Source: an uncultured virus (IMG/VR IMGVR_UViG_3300021961_000069) (taxonomy: Duplodnaviria; Heunggongvirae; Uroviricota; Caudoviricetes). Taken from it: a DNA stretch of 64,000 nt. The notes under the pieces were generated by a model. It searched no databases, had not been told where the DNA came from, and saw only the letters and a program-made list of their open reading frames with translations. Positions 56,201-62,856 of the stretch are shown here, piece after piece; the first letter of the stretch is position 1; every line of letters begins with the position of its first letter. The translations under genes were made by a program, and so were the position numbers. Where the stretch lies: IMG/VR virus record IMGVR_UViG_3300021961_000069. The stretch is one strand, 5' to 3'.

Positions 56201-58961
56201 AAACATCAGAATCTGAAAAAGGACTATCTGAATTTTTAGTTTTTGTAAGATCGGAAATAATGTCATCCACAAAATCTATTAGATTATCGTTGTAATCTAA
56301 TTCGGTTGCTTTGATTAAGAAATTATTTTTAAAATCGGTATATGCTTTGCGTGCATATTGCAAAGACTTAATAATATTATTTTCTTTGTCAGTTAATAAA
56401 TGTATAGCTAATGGTGAACATCCAGAATGTTTTAAAAATCGTTTAGCATTTTTTTGATAATCATCAAGATCACGAAGATTAGATAATCCCGGAATGTTTC
56501 CACTAAATCTTTCATCAAATTCTACAGAGGACCCTATATGATCAATAGCTTCACCGAAGGTAAAGTTTCCTAACTTTTCATTTAAAGGATTTTTTTCTAG
56601 CCCTAGCGGAATTTCATAATATCCAGTAACTGGTTCTAAATCTGTTATTATTTTTATAACTACAACATCGTCTTGAACAAACGTTTGGCTGAATGTAAAA
56701 ACATTTCTATTCCTAGTATATGTTCCTGTGTAATCTTTTCCGTTTAGATAAAACTTAATTATTAATTTTTGTGATGTACTTTCTTTGGACCAATCAACAC
56801 TATTAAAAGTTAGTTTATTAGTAGATTCTAAAATTTTAACATTATCAACGATCGGTTGTACAAGTTCATTATTTGTTTTTATCCAACCATTAGCATAATT
56901 GCCATCGATTTTATAGTAGCCTGTTTGAATATTTTTTGTAAATGATTGGAAATCTAGAGAATATGTAAAAGAATCATTTTCCCAATCCCAAGTGAATAAT
57001 ATGTCTCCGATATTATCAATGTTTTGATAAGCGAGGCTGAATCCTAATTCAGTGTCGGTTATACTATTACCTAACTTGTAACTTAAGAGGTTTGTACCTA
57101 TAAAGGTACTAACTGGATATGTATCGGCATTATTAAAACTTACACCGTTTTCATCATATGCATCAAACAGTGGTGCTTGATTAACTTTTGTTTTTTCTTG
57201 GCTTTTTACCCATTTAGTTCCATCGAAATGGAACATTTTTCCGCCATTAACTGTTCCTCTTCTACATAGGACACACTCGCCTAAATTAGATGCAGAGTCT
57301 GTAGATGGCCTAAGTGATATTTGATTTCTACCATTATGATCTATAAAATCTACATAATAAATCTTATTATTAGCTAGATCGTCAGTGTCTGCTACGACTA
57401 AAATTCTCGCACCTTCAAACAGATCTTCACCATCGATATTATATCCAGTACTACCTTCTATGTTTGAAAATACATCAGTGGTAAAATCATCTACATAATC
57501 TACTGTCTGTTTCGCGGTGCTACCGTGATTGAATAATTGTAGATTAGGTTTAAATTCTATAATAGGACGTTTCGCTCTAGATGATTCAGTTGCTGGAAAG
57601 TCCTGTCCTCTAAATGTGTAAGCATATTCTAAAACGCTACGGTGAAACCATCGATTATATCTTGACCAAGGATTAGTATCTTGGCTGTCTCTCGAAATTG
57701 TTAGGTAATCTTTTTGTGATGGATATGCTGTAGCATCATCGAAAGGATCTGTATCAAATCCTTCGTTGTCAAAAAGCACTTCAGGTGTATCTGTGGTCAA
57801 TACAGGAACTATTAGATCACTAAACTTAGTTAAGGTGATGGCATCTCCCACCCCTTCTATCAACCAAGACTCAGAAGCATACTTTGCTGGAGTGATGTTT
57901 CCTTGGAATTCAACTACTAATCCGTTTGTGAATGCTACACCATTACTGCTGGTGTATGTTGTTTTACCAAGGACTTCATTTTCTATATCGATGAATGTAT
58001 TAGATTCGATGTCGGCAATGATAAATCTTCCGAATCTGTTTGGTGTGATCAAACTCTGATAATACAACACATCCGGAGCATCATAAGGAACTTTGAATGT
58101 TAATGTTCCATTAGCGATTCCATTGTTAGTGACACCATCGTTATATTCTAGAGCGGTTCCGCCTGCGATGTTTTCTACGAATTTCCAATCCTCAGTTTCT
58201 AAATCAATAGTACTGCCGTCGAGTGGAGGAATATCTCTAACTGCTTGCCATAGCTTTTCATCATAGACAGCATATTCATTTGTTCTATAAAGTTTTTCAG
58301 GACGATATATCAATGATCCAGTATCATAATTGGTTCTAATGTATAGACCTTCGCCTGGAGAATTAACTATAAATTTGTATTCTTGTCCTCTATATAACGT
58401 TATAGCAGGGTTACCTGTTAGTCCGTCTGGAGTGAATATAAATGTTTCATCTACACCTTGTTTTACTTTATAGGTGCTAGTTACTGTTGCTCGTTGTCCA
58501 TACACTGCCACCGCTGGTGGTCCAGATGGTTCCCAATAGTATTCTCTGTAGTTGATAAACTTATCCCAATTGATAGGGGGATTCCAACTGTAGTGTTCTT
58601 GGCTAGTGATTAAATCGTCACGTTCTTGATCGTTGCCAAAGAACTTGAGCATATTTTTAAAATCGAGATAGTCGTGGAAACTAGTGATGTTCTCACCGCT
58701 TTTGGTAATGACGCCTGGTTCTAACTGATATCTACTTCTTAGTGTTTGATCTGTATCGAGATATACATCCTTACCGTTGTAGGTTTTTCCATATCGCTTT
58801 CCTAGATATCCAACCAGCTTTTGTAATTTTCCTGGCTGTACCAATGGATCAACGACCGCAGACATAAACTTATCGTTGATATCTGTCTGAAAGGTATTGG
58901 GTAAAAGATCGCTGGTCTTTCTTATAGGTAATCCGCTTTCAGGAAACTGTTTATCTGCCAT
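44241..58961 (-). CDS. Giant (4906 aa) multidomain baseplate wedge-like structural protein
   Basis: Uninterrupted ORF after the gp6-like gene; CBM5/12-like W..Y..G..V.Y repeats, FG-GAP-like propeller repeats, G.GY..P.V repeats, inserted His-rich domain. Confidence 0.75.
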   Translation of the reverse strand: MADKQFPESGLPIRKTSDLLPNTFQTDINDKFMSAVVDPLVQPGKLQKLVGYLGKRYGKTYNGKDVYLDTDQTLRSRYQLEPGVITKSGENITSFHDYLDFKNMLKFFGNDQERDDLITSQEHYSWNPPINWDKFINYREYYWEPSGPPAVAVYGQRATVTSTYKVKQGVDETFIFTPDGLTGNPAITLYRGQEYKFIVNSPGEGLYIRTNYDTGSLIYRPEKLYRTNEYAVYDEKLWQAVRDIPPLDGSTIDLETEDWKFVENIAGGTALEYNDGVTNNGIANGTLTFKVPYDAPDVLYYQSLITPNRFGRFIIADIESNTFIDIENEVLGKTTYTSSNGVAFTNGLVVEFQGNITPAKYASESWLIEGVGDAITLTKFSDLIVPVLTTDTPEVLFDNEGFDTDPFDDATAYPSQKDYLTISRDSQDTNPWSRYNRWFHRSVLEYAYTFRGQDFPATESSRAKRPIIEFKPNLQLFNHGSTAKQTVDYVDDFTTDVFSNIEGSTGYNIDGEDLFEGARILVVADTDDLANNKIYYVDFIDHNGRNQISLRPSTDSASNLGECVLCRRGTVNGGKMFHFDGTKWVKSQEKTKVNQAPLFDAYDENGVSFNNADTYPVSTFIGTNLLSYKLGNSITDTELGFSLAYQNIDNIGDILFTWDWENDSFTYSLDFQSFTKNIQTGYYKIDGNYANGWIKTNNELVQPIVDNVKILESTNKLTFNSVDWSKESTSQKLIIKFYLNGKDYTGTYTRNRNVFTFSQTFVQDDVVVIKIITDLEPVTGYYEIPLGLEKNPLNEKLGNFTFGEAIDHIGSSVEFDERFSGNIPGLSNLRDLDDYQKNAKRFLKHSGCSPLAIHLLTDKENNIIKSLQYARKAYTDFKNNFLIKATELDYNDNLIDFVDDIISDLTKTKNSDSPFSDSDVLGTGAYTKISYEVEDTGIKTFALSEKFDLITPSRKAVYVYLNNVQLLNSRDYTFDSTFGFVRLTVNLSEGDKIEIREYLSTASGHVPPTPTSMGMYKKYTPIKFIDDTYTVPREVIQGHDGSIIKSYGDYRDELLLELEFRIYNNIKEEYDYELFDIDNIVGGYYGYGLYEKPALDDVVATEFLKWVQNSTVNYTENEYLDTENSFTYTYSNMTDPTRTKNLPGYWRGVYRWFYDTDRPHRCPWEMLGFSEKPTWWEEEYGPAPYTSGNLVLWEDLANGEIKHGNRAGIYNRYKRSTLLTHIPVDGDGRLLSPLDSGLANDFTLINNTGPFKLGDVGPVEYAWRSSSEYPFAVVLAMCLLKPFEFITDSFDRSRTKLNILEQTVNSTSNVFQTINDLIIPDSGVGHVIGLSKYLIGYIKSRGRKTTDLDSQIKSIDVNLSARLSGFVDKAQTKYLLDSKNPKSTSSSIFVPAENYNIIFNVSSPIASVAYSGVILEKTEGGWTATGYDDINPVFNYYKPLESPNDPAISVGGVSEEFTDWEANKLYNNGVVVRYRSAFYRSITTHTGGDDFEERNWKKLPEVPTVNDVRALRRKSFNRTRVSQVAYGTKLTTIQAVVDLLLGYQEWLKDQGFVFDRYDPQLGASQDWVTSSKEFMFWTKHNWEIGSLITLSPAAEKIDVEIPVGVSDNILDGFYDYQVLKDDGKPLEPQFINVNRQFQNVVIEPTNTTNGIYYIKLFYVLKEHVTVFDDRTVFNDVIYDQTTGYRQERIKTQAFRTVDWDGDYTSPGFLFDNVNIQVWQPFTDYKLGDIVSYRSYNWTSLINQLGTETFNDTYWTKLDSSPEKQLVPNFDYRINQFDDYYDVNSEGVGANQRRLARHSVGYQSREYLENLAEDSITQFQLYQGFIREKGTNNAVTKVFNKLSRAGASSVKLNEEWAFLVGKFGGIDQLKELEFNIEKDQFSINPQPILFVSNLPSNVSDQYYRILETDFSIKPLPFTVNVNPTSYDADPTRVAGYVRTDNVQHKVKNRDDILNLDIETFLENDHIWITFDNNYSWDVLRFNKAPELNIIGVTKTDATVEVELNRIHDLQVNEIVGIKKVDNLTGFYKITATGKTTITVSVDATIQNPDVADSTLASLYLLTNARFESYTDLDQSAVALLKSGSKFWIDNDGSNKWEVIEKKQQYTSKSLLEYGTTTPLNTGYKVLYDDLHKLVISSIPGSGLAMTYIETTAGLSLKQIISPPSGFTSEVVGSFGKEMKLSPDGRFLIISAPEASGIDSYYKGNYNPSASYQVNDIVLYSGKLWKCINDVAPGDGSSIDLNTQDWEPATIIDATNAGRGSGYTNQGFITIYEYVGQQWVQVNSFVSPRPNEGELFGTSVTISQSGTNYYMAVSAPGSVDGRGRVYLYKYNGTSWSHLENANYAGIYNPSSPYIAGSIVWHAGDLWQAKYDNPGDGSTITIESNDWLLVDPISTQCSLPTNISVNDDGSTLALGLIGSTQVAELIKQGDDFGHSMAMNRDGSILAIGLPKADGQYFANYRGHWRPDIEYIEGEVVKYQDMTVSGADAGDDSKYQYYKLVDSVFGADSTLRSYNEDPTDSSNWQQVGDSTTQASGKVFIYQRNENDLYEFKQTITAGSLDDINDLDTTSAISSGDQFGHSINVDYTGTTLIITSPKADINLQNQGSAYIFRTAGFASLEYRLKQKIESYERFPNEYFGQSICMTPAAEKIVIGAKDSTFVNLINFDSRTTSFDENRTRIVEEKGYAGAVYVYEKKGNTYFLAEKLDTDLTPYENFGFSLSCTYSTIVVGSPKYKSPIDDSQIGYIRLFKKDSTVNSLQTLASQQPTVDLSMIKSIVLYDNINNIKIQDLDYVDHAKLKVLNSAEQEISFKTIYDPAIYNVGTEEQNVIPDMAWTENNVGKIWWNISTAKWVYHEQGDLSYRIGHWNTLATGASIDIYEWVETPLLPSEWAVLADTNDGLAEGISGQPLYPNDNVYSVKELYNPTTGVATETLYYYWVKNSVVVPNVLGRNQSASAVASLINNPGGSGVTFISLIDSDKFLTYNFDNVLDVDTATINVQYYKNNSGKATNLVHKEYQLLTEGDADSLPTVQLENKWIDSLVGRDLAGNRVPDSALPAKQQYGLNFRPRQTMFVNRIQALKNLIVSINSTLTLEPFADIINFANLNLVDTAPNAVLNLYDTSVDTYADLAEVGTSRVTQATLRVNIVDGEIDTIDVTNPGFGYRVIPPVEFEGNGIGAKAVATIDTQGRVTGVAVTNRGRKYSSCIAKIRPFSVLVETDSTASNFWSIYSWDETRKVFFRTRSQAYETTRYWNLIDWWKTGYGVTSRIVKEIGIVAEEAPLTLETGDLLRIKEYGTGGWAVFEKTAQADNFSDAYVLVGRQNGTIALSSSLYDTQTVGIGYDTKQSFDAVRYDLENSLELRNILKAIKEDIFINDYAVEWNKLFFASVRYVFAEQQYVDWAFKTSFLNAIHNVGDLEQKTNYKNDNLESYQQYIDEIKPYRTTVREYVSLYKNIENTNSAIADFDLPPAYIPSEGKAIPIRVNNETIDTYPWKWWKDNNGYSIVSISVSNAGADYTQPPSVLIQGDGTGAEAIAYISNGTVSGITVTNSGSGYTKAPTVSLVGGNPSSSTRAKAIAIIGNTKARTFGLGVKFDRVNKVGIYSSFTQSETIIATGNTAVFDLKYAPTRDKSKITITKNGQVVLPDEFSISLYKSEVDTYKLLKGKLNFTTVPRAGDVIAIAYEKNDELLDAVNRINKYYSPTSGMRGDDLSQLMTGIDFGGVQVQGTTFDVTGGWDALPWFTDSWDSVETTSDYYVVVDGSTNSVTLPYIPAIGQEINIYLKRSGSQRAIRIDDPNFGSGSPAIPAVPGVPADAEYNNGAIINVTGNGSDFFKREVTTNGVRIMGAGTVGGQTAVPDAWLEKVARMVELFTDPTGAGINEEYQRNLIKNLSGDAGTYHSGLPTIQRVARGAGADYTPNFLTDEGVVFWNLTDLFDTHVQNDMVWYLNSTGDGYGDGDTDAQEVIEHVFHTLHMHGLPAEDIKLYPFISADWQSGDLYAAMEEAYDAGKWDPSGYQSPSDDWKTNADAFEVAAKEYLYLLNFCMFEYTELWDGGSLAPEWTDDMRTQAGILANNPLGYAFHNQYIAPVISKPSLATIRSIFQDGNTPAQDNPALAGVSGYVVDALVGGSPAIPAVPGLDSSSTTNPNAEMPTFYGDGSTTAIDIGVYVQTNAGDTLIFRPTESDGSVTISDPNIVDTNVSGGTLSAMSGAYATATGLTAEEITIDGSGFITPDQVPAPEENIPGQVLDSVSIKVFNSTPSGAAPLQSRTVVSNGTTSEYSIGLEVIENSSVLVYVDKIKKTIATDYTINLSTNSVTFTSPPASGAIVEIIAIGRGGVALLDYQEYTADGETNLFLTAANFADTDTVFVTVNGVHETTATFANSSDLVEVEGKSIIQFGQSPAENSIVKIICFGANSDVDLTGLSVVRVNQQQITFDGSTRSLSLDNFVNLTRASAQSAIVVEVNNTALRGVDTIYSVYDGVTNSFTLGQDPLEGAGAILNSNITVLVNNEVKIPVQDYVYDGTTKILTYNSTLNVGDIIKIENNLRSQYTVSGNNLVIEGTVSLSEGDSITVTWFSEYPSMQVNADEYVGGKINYQLKQVPLNASHVWVYKNGIRLTKDEDYLISLPRSVLYLKEDSTSSDLIKIIAFSANTYNEPSAYEIHKDMLNVYRFKRYSKDREVKLARELKYYDQEIVVTDASNLTDPIPLRNIPGIVEIENERIEYLSKSGNTLSQLRRGSAGTAIGETYAIGSYVIDLGSEETIPYNETQNREDFVSDGSSLLIGPLDFLPPKAERTTWYRSTIPTDNGPCDQIEVFAGGSRLRKDPIDAYSESLGASSPTADIKVEAEFSVDGTSSYIRLTNPLPAGTRVSVIRKTGRIWYDRGDTTASTGVTLLDNTTPIARFIADRTTNLPE
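46572..47573. repeat. 21-bp direct repeats (46572-46592 and 47553-47573) bracketing an in-frame insert
   Basis: GCCTGGTACTGCTGGTATTGC occurs twice, 981 bp apart (327 codons); both copies lie in SPAIPAVPG. Confidence 0.85.
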
Positions 58962-58962
58962 A

Positions 58963-61900
58963 TTATTCTGTACTTGTTACAAATGCGTTGATATTCGCCC
59001 TAACTTCTGTCGCTGAAATGCTTGATACTATTTCAACATCATCAACTGTGGCTCCACTGATTAAAATCTCATCTGGTTGGCTCTGTATCTCAAATAGGCT
59101 ACCGAACTCTTGATCTGTCTGTCTTGGAACTAAGACCATATTTGATATATCAGGAGCGACTTGATTAACGATATATGTTATTAATTCGCTGACATAAAAT
59201 CTGTCTCCGAAGTCCCAATTATTGATATCAAAAAATTCGTTGATAGCACTGACTATCCTAACTTTTAAGTCATTATCGTTTATAGTTTCGCCAGGATTTT
59301 TTACTACCTTAAATGATGCCTGAAGTTTAGTTTCTGCTTTAGCACCAAATAAAACTTTGTATCTCACAGGATGATATATTATTTCATCTGATATAGATTT
59401 GATAGCATTTAATTTTCCACCAAATGTGACCCTTAATGCATCTGTAGTTGGTGCTTCTGGTTCTGTCGTCGTTCCGCCTGCTAACCAAACTCTGTATGCT
59501 TGATCATAGCTACGTGTTAATAGATAGGTATCTATGATGTTGCTTGAACTAGGATCGATCCTGCGATCGACTGTGGCATTATGGATGTACTGGAATTTGA
59601 TCTTATCTCTACCATACACCCCTTTGTAACCACTTTCTAAAACTAATGTGTTCGTGGTCCTATTCACACGCTTTACTCTGTCTTCATTTACATCATAAAA
59701 ATACACCAATTGTCCGTCTGGATAAGTTGTTGTATCATTAAAATCTAACAAAGACTCTTTCTGTAAAATTTTAATAGTATCATTTGTGTTATCGATTAGC
59801 TGATAGGCTGTAGCTCCCGAGACATCTACTATCTGTTGGAAAAACAAGAAATTTAGATCACTATCGACGCCTACGATCTGCTCAAACGATTCTGGATTAT
59901 CGATCACGCCATCGTCGTCGCTGTCATAGAATGCTAATTTGATCTCTTCGGCAGACTCGTACCCGTCGTCAAACTTGATAGTATCATCTATCTCGAAAGA
60001 GAAATCGCTGTATAATGGAGTGATGAAATCGCTACCTGTATTGATACCTAATACTTTGATCTGATCTTTAATGACATTGCCTAATGTATCATTGTATTGT
60101 TTTTCGCTGGCATCGAAATAGAATCTATTCTGCTCTTTGCTACCAAACACATATTCCATAGATCTCACACGGACCACATATTCATCTGCTTCTTTAACAA
60201 ATGCTAGATACCAAGAGCTGTCTAGATTGCTGTTTGTGATATCGCCTGCTTTACCTAAACTAAATGCATTTAATAAATTTAAGTTTGATGCTGTGATTAT
60301 TTTCCAAGCAGATTCCTGCACATCGAATCGCAGACCAAAGTTTAAATTCTGGAAAATCTCATTGGTTATTTCTGTTTCTAAAGATGTTGGAAGATCATTA
60401 ACGAATCTCGGAACTACTCTCGATGCTATCGCGCCTGAAGGCACAGTGTCACTGAAGCTCACAGGTCCTAGTCCTGAAGATAATATTCCTCTGTCTGCGT
60501 TGGTTCCATCACCTACGATGTTAATAGTTTTTGTCCAGATCCTATCTGTCTGCAATGGATCTGACGCATCAACATTAACTAATTTTCCTTTCCTAAATGC
60601 TTTACCTGTAGGTGGTATGAATTTAATCATAGCACCTGTGAATAGGTATTGTAAATTGTTCGTCGAATATGACCCAGTTTTTAATAAGGTATTATCAACA
60701 GCATTTTTAAAATATCCTGTTGTTAAATTAGTATCAGTGGTAACTTGTTCCCAGATAACATTGTTGTTAGCGAAGATGATTTTTTCTTCTTTAGTTAGAT
60801 AGAAATTATAGACATCGGTGCTGGAAAACAAAGGCTCGATACTGCGTTTAATAAAATTAATGATATCGATTCTTGATGTAAATTTAAAGGTGATGTTCTT
60901 TTCAGTTTCTTCTTTGAAAATATATCCATCATCTGCGAACACATTGATATCGCTGTATTTTCCAGAAGCATCGATGATCTCATAGTTCCGTGAAATACCG
61001 CTGGCTGTCCTATTCACTGATTTTACTTTTAAAATATCTTGTGAGCTAGATAGTGGTGCTAGGTTATAATCTTCACCAGTTACCATCCTATTCTGTGTAT
61101 AATAAACAGCAGGTGCGTTCTGTCTGATATTATCTGTGCTTTCTGATCCTGATGCTGTAGCTACAGTGTATTGTAAATCTAATCCTATGGTCAATGTGTG
61201 TGACAATCCCTGTTTATTCACATAAGGAATAGCGATGTTGATACCTCTCATTTCATTTGGAGATATCGTGTAAGACAATCCATTTGAAACTCTGTAGTAT
61301 GTTCTAAATGCACCTTGTGGAAGATTACCATAGACGCCATCGGCGAATGTTAAATCAATTTTATCATCCTCTTTGGTGATAACATTATAGATATTTCTTA
61401 TGTCCTGTGTCACAGAATTATAAGCGATATTGTTTCCTATCAGACTCTCGACTTTTTTCCACTCGTCTTGTTGTACTCCGTCGGGGCTCAATTTAAACAA
61501 CCAAACATCGTTGTTATTGATATTAGGTGTATCGATCGCGACCGTTTCGTTTGTGGTAGGAACATCGATTTCAAAATCTGCGAGCTCTAATGATCCCTGT
61601 TTGAACATTAGATAAAATCCTGTGTTAGCACTGCCTGGACCTTTACCATCATTACGATAAATGAACCCCATCTGGTTTCCTGGCACCGGTGGTTCCTCGT
61701 AGATCTCTTCTGATCCTTGGAAACTAGTCGAAACTACTTCGAAAGCCATTCCTCTGCCACTGGCTGTTTTAGAATAAGTGAAGATAGGAACGTCAGTGTT
61801 GGTGCTCCTAAATCTATATTGTTCTGTCCTGATACCTTGGATGGTAGAGACCCCTTGGCTACGTCCGAATTCTGTGTTGTCGCTCATCGCAGAATTTAGG

Positions 61901-62376
61901 ATCACTAAAAATTGTTCTAACCAATTATTGTTAGTTGGGTCGTTCCACTGTATAATCTGTTCTGCTAGATTTTTTCCGTTGCTATCAATAAGGCTTTCAG
62001 ATGTAGTAACTGTAGCGAATTTTAATAGCCCTTGTCCAGGAACATTTCTCTTAGCGTTATAAGAAAGCATACGTGCCAATCTCAACACGCTTTCCCTGCG
62101 TTCTGCTAATTCGATAAAGTTTTCTCTTGATGCTAGATCAACACGGAATGCTAAACTCTGTCCTAGGAATGCTACGGCATCGATTAGTGCTAGATATTCT
62201 GATGACTCTACATAATCGTTGAAATCTTCTGGATAATTCTCACGGATATATGTGATAATCACCCTACGGAGATTCTCGAAGTCGTAGGATTTGAAATCAG
62301 CGTTTTTAAACGTTTGATAGATCCTAGTCCAATCTTCGTTTAGTAGTAAATTATTTTGTCTTGATGTAGTTGCCAT
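58963..62376 (-). CDS. Baseplate wedge subunit (T4 gp6-like)
   Basis: DFENLR..EDFNDY.ESS, ENFIELAERRESVLRLARMLSY, FADGVYG, QNRMVTGEDY. Confidence 0.85.
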   Translation of the reverse strand: MATTSRQNNLLLNEDWTRIYQTFKNADFKSYDFENLRRVIITYIRENYPEDFNDYVESSEYLALIDAVAFLGQSLAFRVDLASRENFIELAERRESVLRLARMLSYNAKRNVPGQGLLKFATVTTSESLIDSNGKNLAEQIIQWNDPTNNNWLEQFLVILNSAMSDNTEFGRSQGVSTIQGIRTEQYRFRSTNTDVPIFTYSKTASGRGMAFEVVSTSFQGSEEIYEEPPVPGNQMGFIYRNDGKGPGSANTGFYLMFKQGSLELADFEIDVPTTNETVAIDTPNINNNDVWLFKLSPDGVQQDEWKKVESLIGNNIAYNSVTQDIRNIYNVITKEDDKIDLTFADGVYGNLPQGAFRTYYRVSNGLSYTISPNEMRGINIAIPYVNKQGLSHTLTIGLDLQYTVATASGSESTDNIRQNAPAVYYTQNRMVTGEDYNLAPLSSSQDILKVKSVNRTASGISRNYEIIDASGKYSDINVFADDGYIFKEETEKNITFKFTSRIDIINFIKRSIEPLFSSTDVYNFYLTKEEKIIFANNNVIWEQVTTDTNLTTGYFKNAVDNTLLKTGSYSTNNLQYLFTGAMIKFIPPTGKAFRKGKLVNVDASDPLQTDRIWTKTINIVGDGTNADRGILSSGLGPVSFSDTVPSGAIASRVVPRFVNDLPTSLETEITNEIFQNLNFGLRFDVQESAWKIITASNLNLLNAFSLGKAGDITNSNLDSSWYLAFVKEADEYVVRVRSMEYVFGSKEQNRFYFDASEKQYNDTLGNVIKDQIKVLGINTGSDFITPLYSDFSFEIDDTIKFDDGYESAEEIKLAFYDSDDDGVIDNPESFEQIVGVDSDLNFLFFQQIVDVSGATAYQLIDNTNDTIKILQKESLLDFNDTTTYPDGQLVYFYDVNEDRVKRVNRTTNTLVLESGYKGVYGRDKIKFQYIHNATVDRRIDPSSSNIIDTYLLTRSYDQAYRVWLAGGTTTEPEAPTTDALRVTFGGKLNAIKSISDEIIYHPVRYKVLFGAKAETKLQASFKVVKNPGETINDNDLKVRIVSAINEFFDINNWDFGDRFYVSELITYIVNQVAPDISNMVLVPRQTDQEFGSLFEIQSQPDEILISGATVDDVEIVSSISATEVRANINAFVTSTE

Positions 62377-62418
62377 TTATTCGTTCCTATATGATATTTA
62401 GCATACCCAATTAAGTGC

Positions 62419-62856
62419 TTAGTTAATGACAGAGTTCTCTTTGTCAAAATCAAATGTCATACGTTCATTCACATTGAATGGAACATAAGTAACATCTGCC
62501 TGTATGCGGATACCCTGGTCTGTGGTATCAACCTGTACTTCATTAACCACGATCCTCGGATCATAATTAATAATATCTTCAACATCTTTAGCGATCATAG
62601 TTTTAACATCTTCTGTAAAGTTTTCAAACAACATATCCCATATCACGGTGCCAAATTCAGGATTTTCTAACTTCTCTCCCTTGCGAATATAGAAATGGTT
62701 GATCAAATCTTGCTTGACTAGATCTATGTCATAGAGTTTAAAATTACGACTGGTTTCTTTGCTACTAAACCCTTTGTAAGTAAATACTCCGCCTTTGTCT
62801 CCCACGGTAGCTACATTAGTCGCTACTGTTTTTTGATTGTAAAGTCTGTTAGCCAT
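62419..62856 (-). CDS. Baseplate wedge subunit (T4 gp25-like)
   Basis: LVKQDLINHF.IRKGEK..PEFG..IWD.LFE..DPR. Confidence 0.88.
   Translation of the reverse strand: MANRLYNQKTVATNVATVGDKGGVFTYKGFSSKETSRNFKLYDIDLVKQDLINHFYIRKGEKLENPEFGTVIWDMLFENFTEDVKTMIAKDVEDIINYDPRIVVNEVQVDTTDQGIRIQADVTYVPFNVNERMTFDFDKENSVIN

Noticed and set aside
60137..60802. 221-aa + strand ORF and many other antisense ORFs in the track
   Set aside because: They lie wholly opposite well-supported genes, lack SDs or motifs, and are the expected shadow of codon bias
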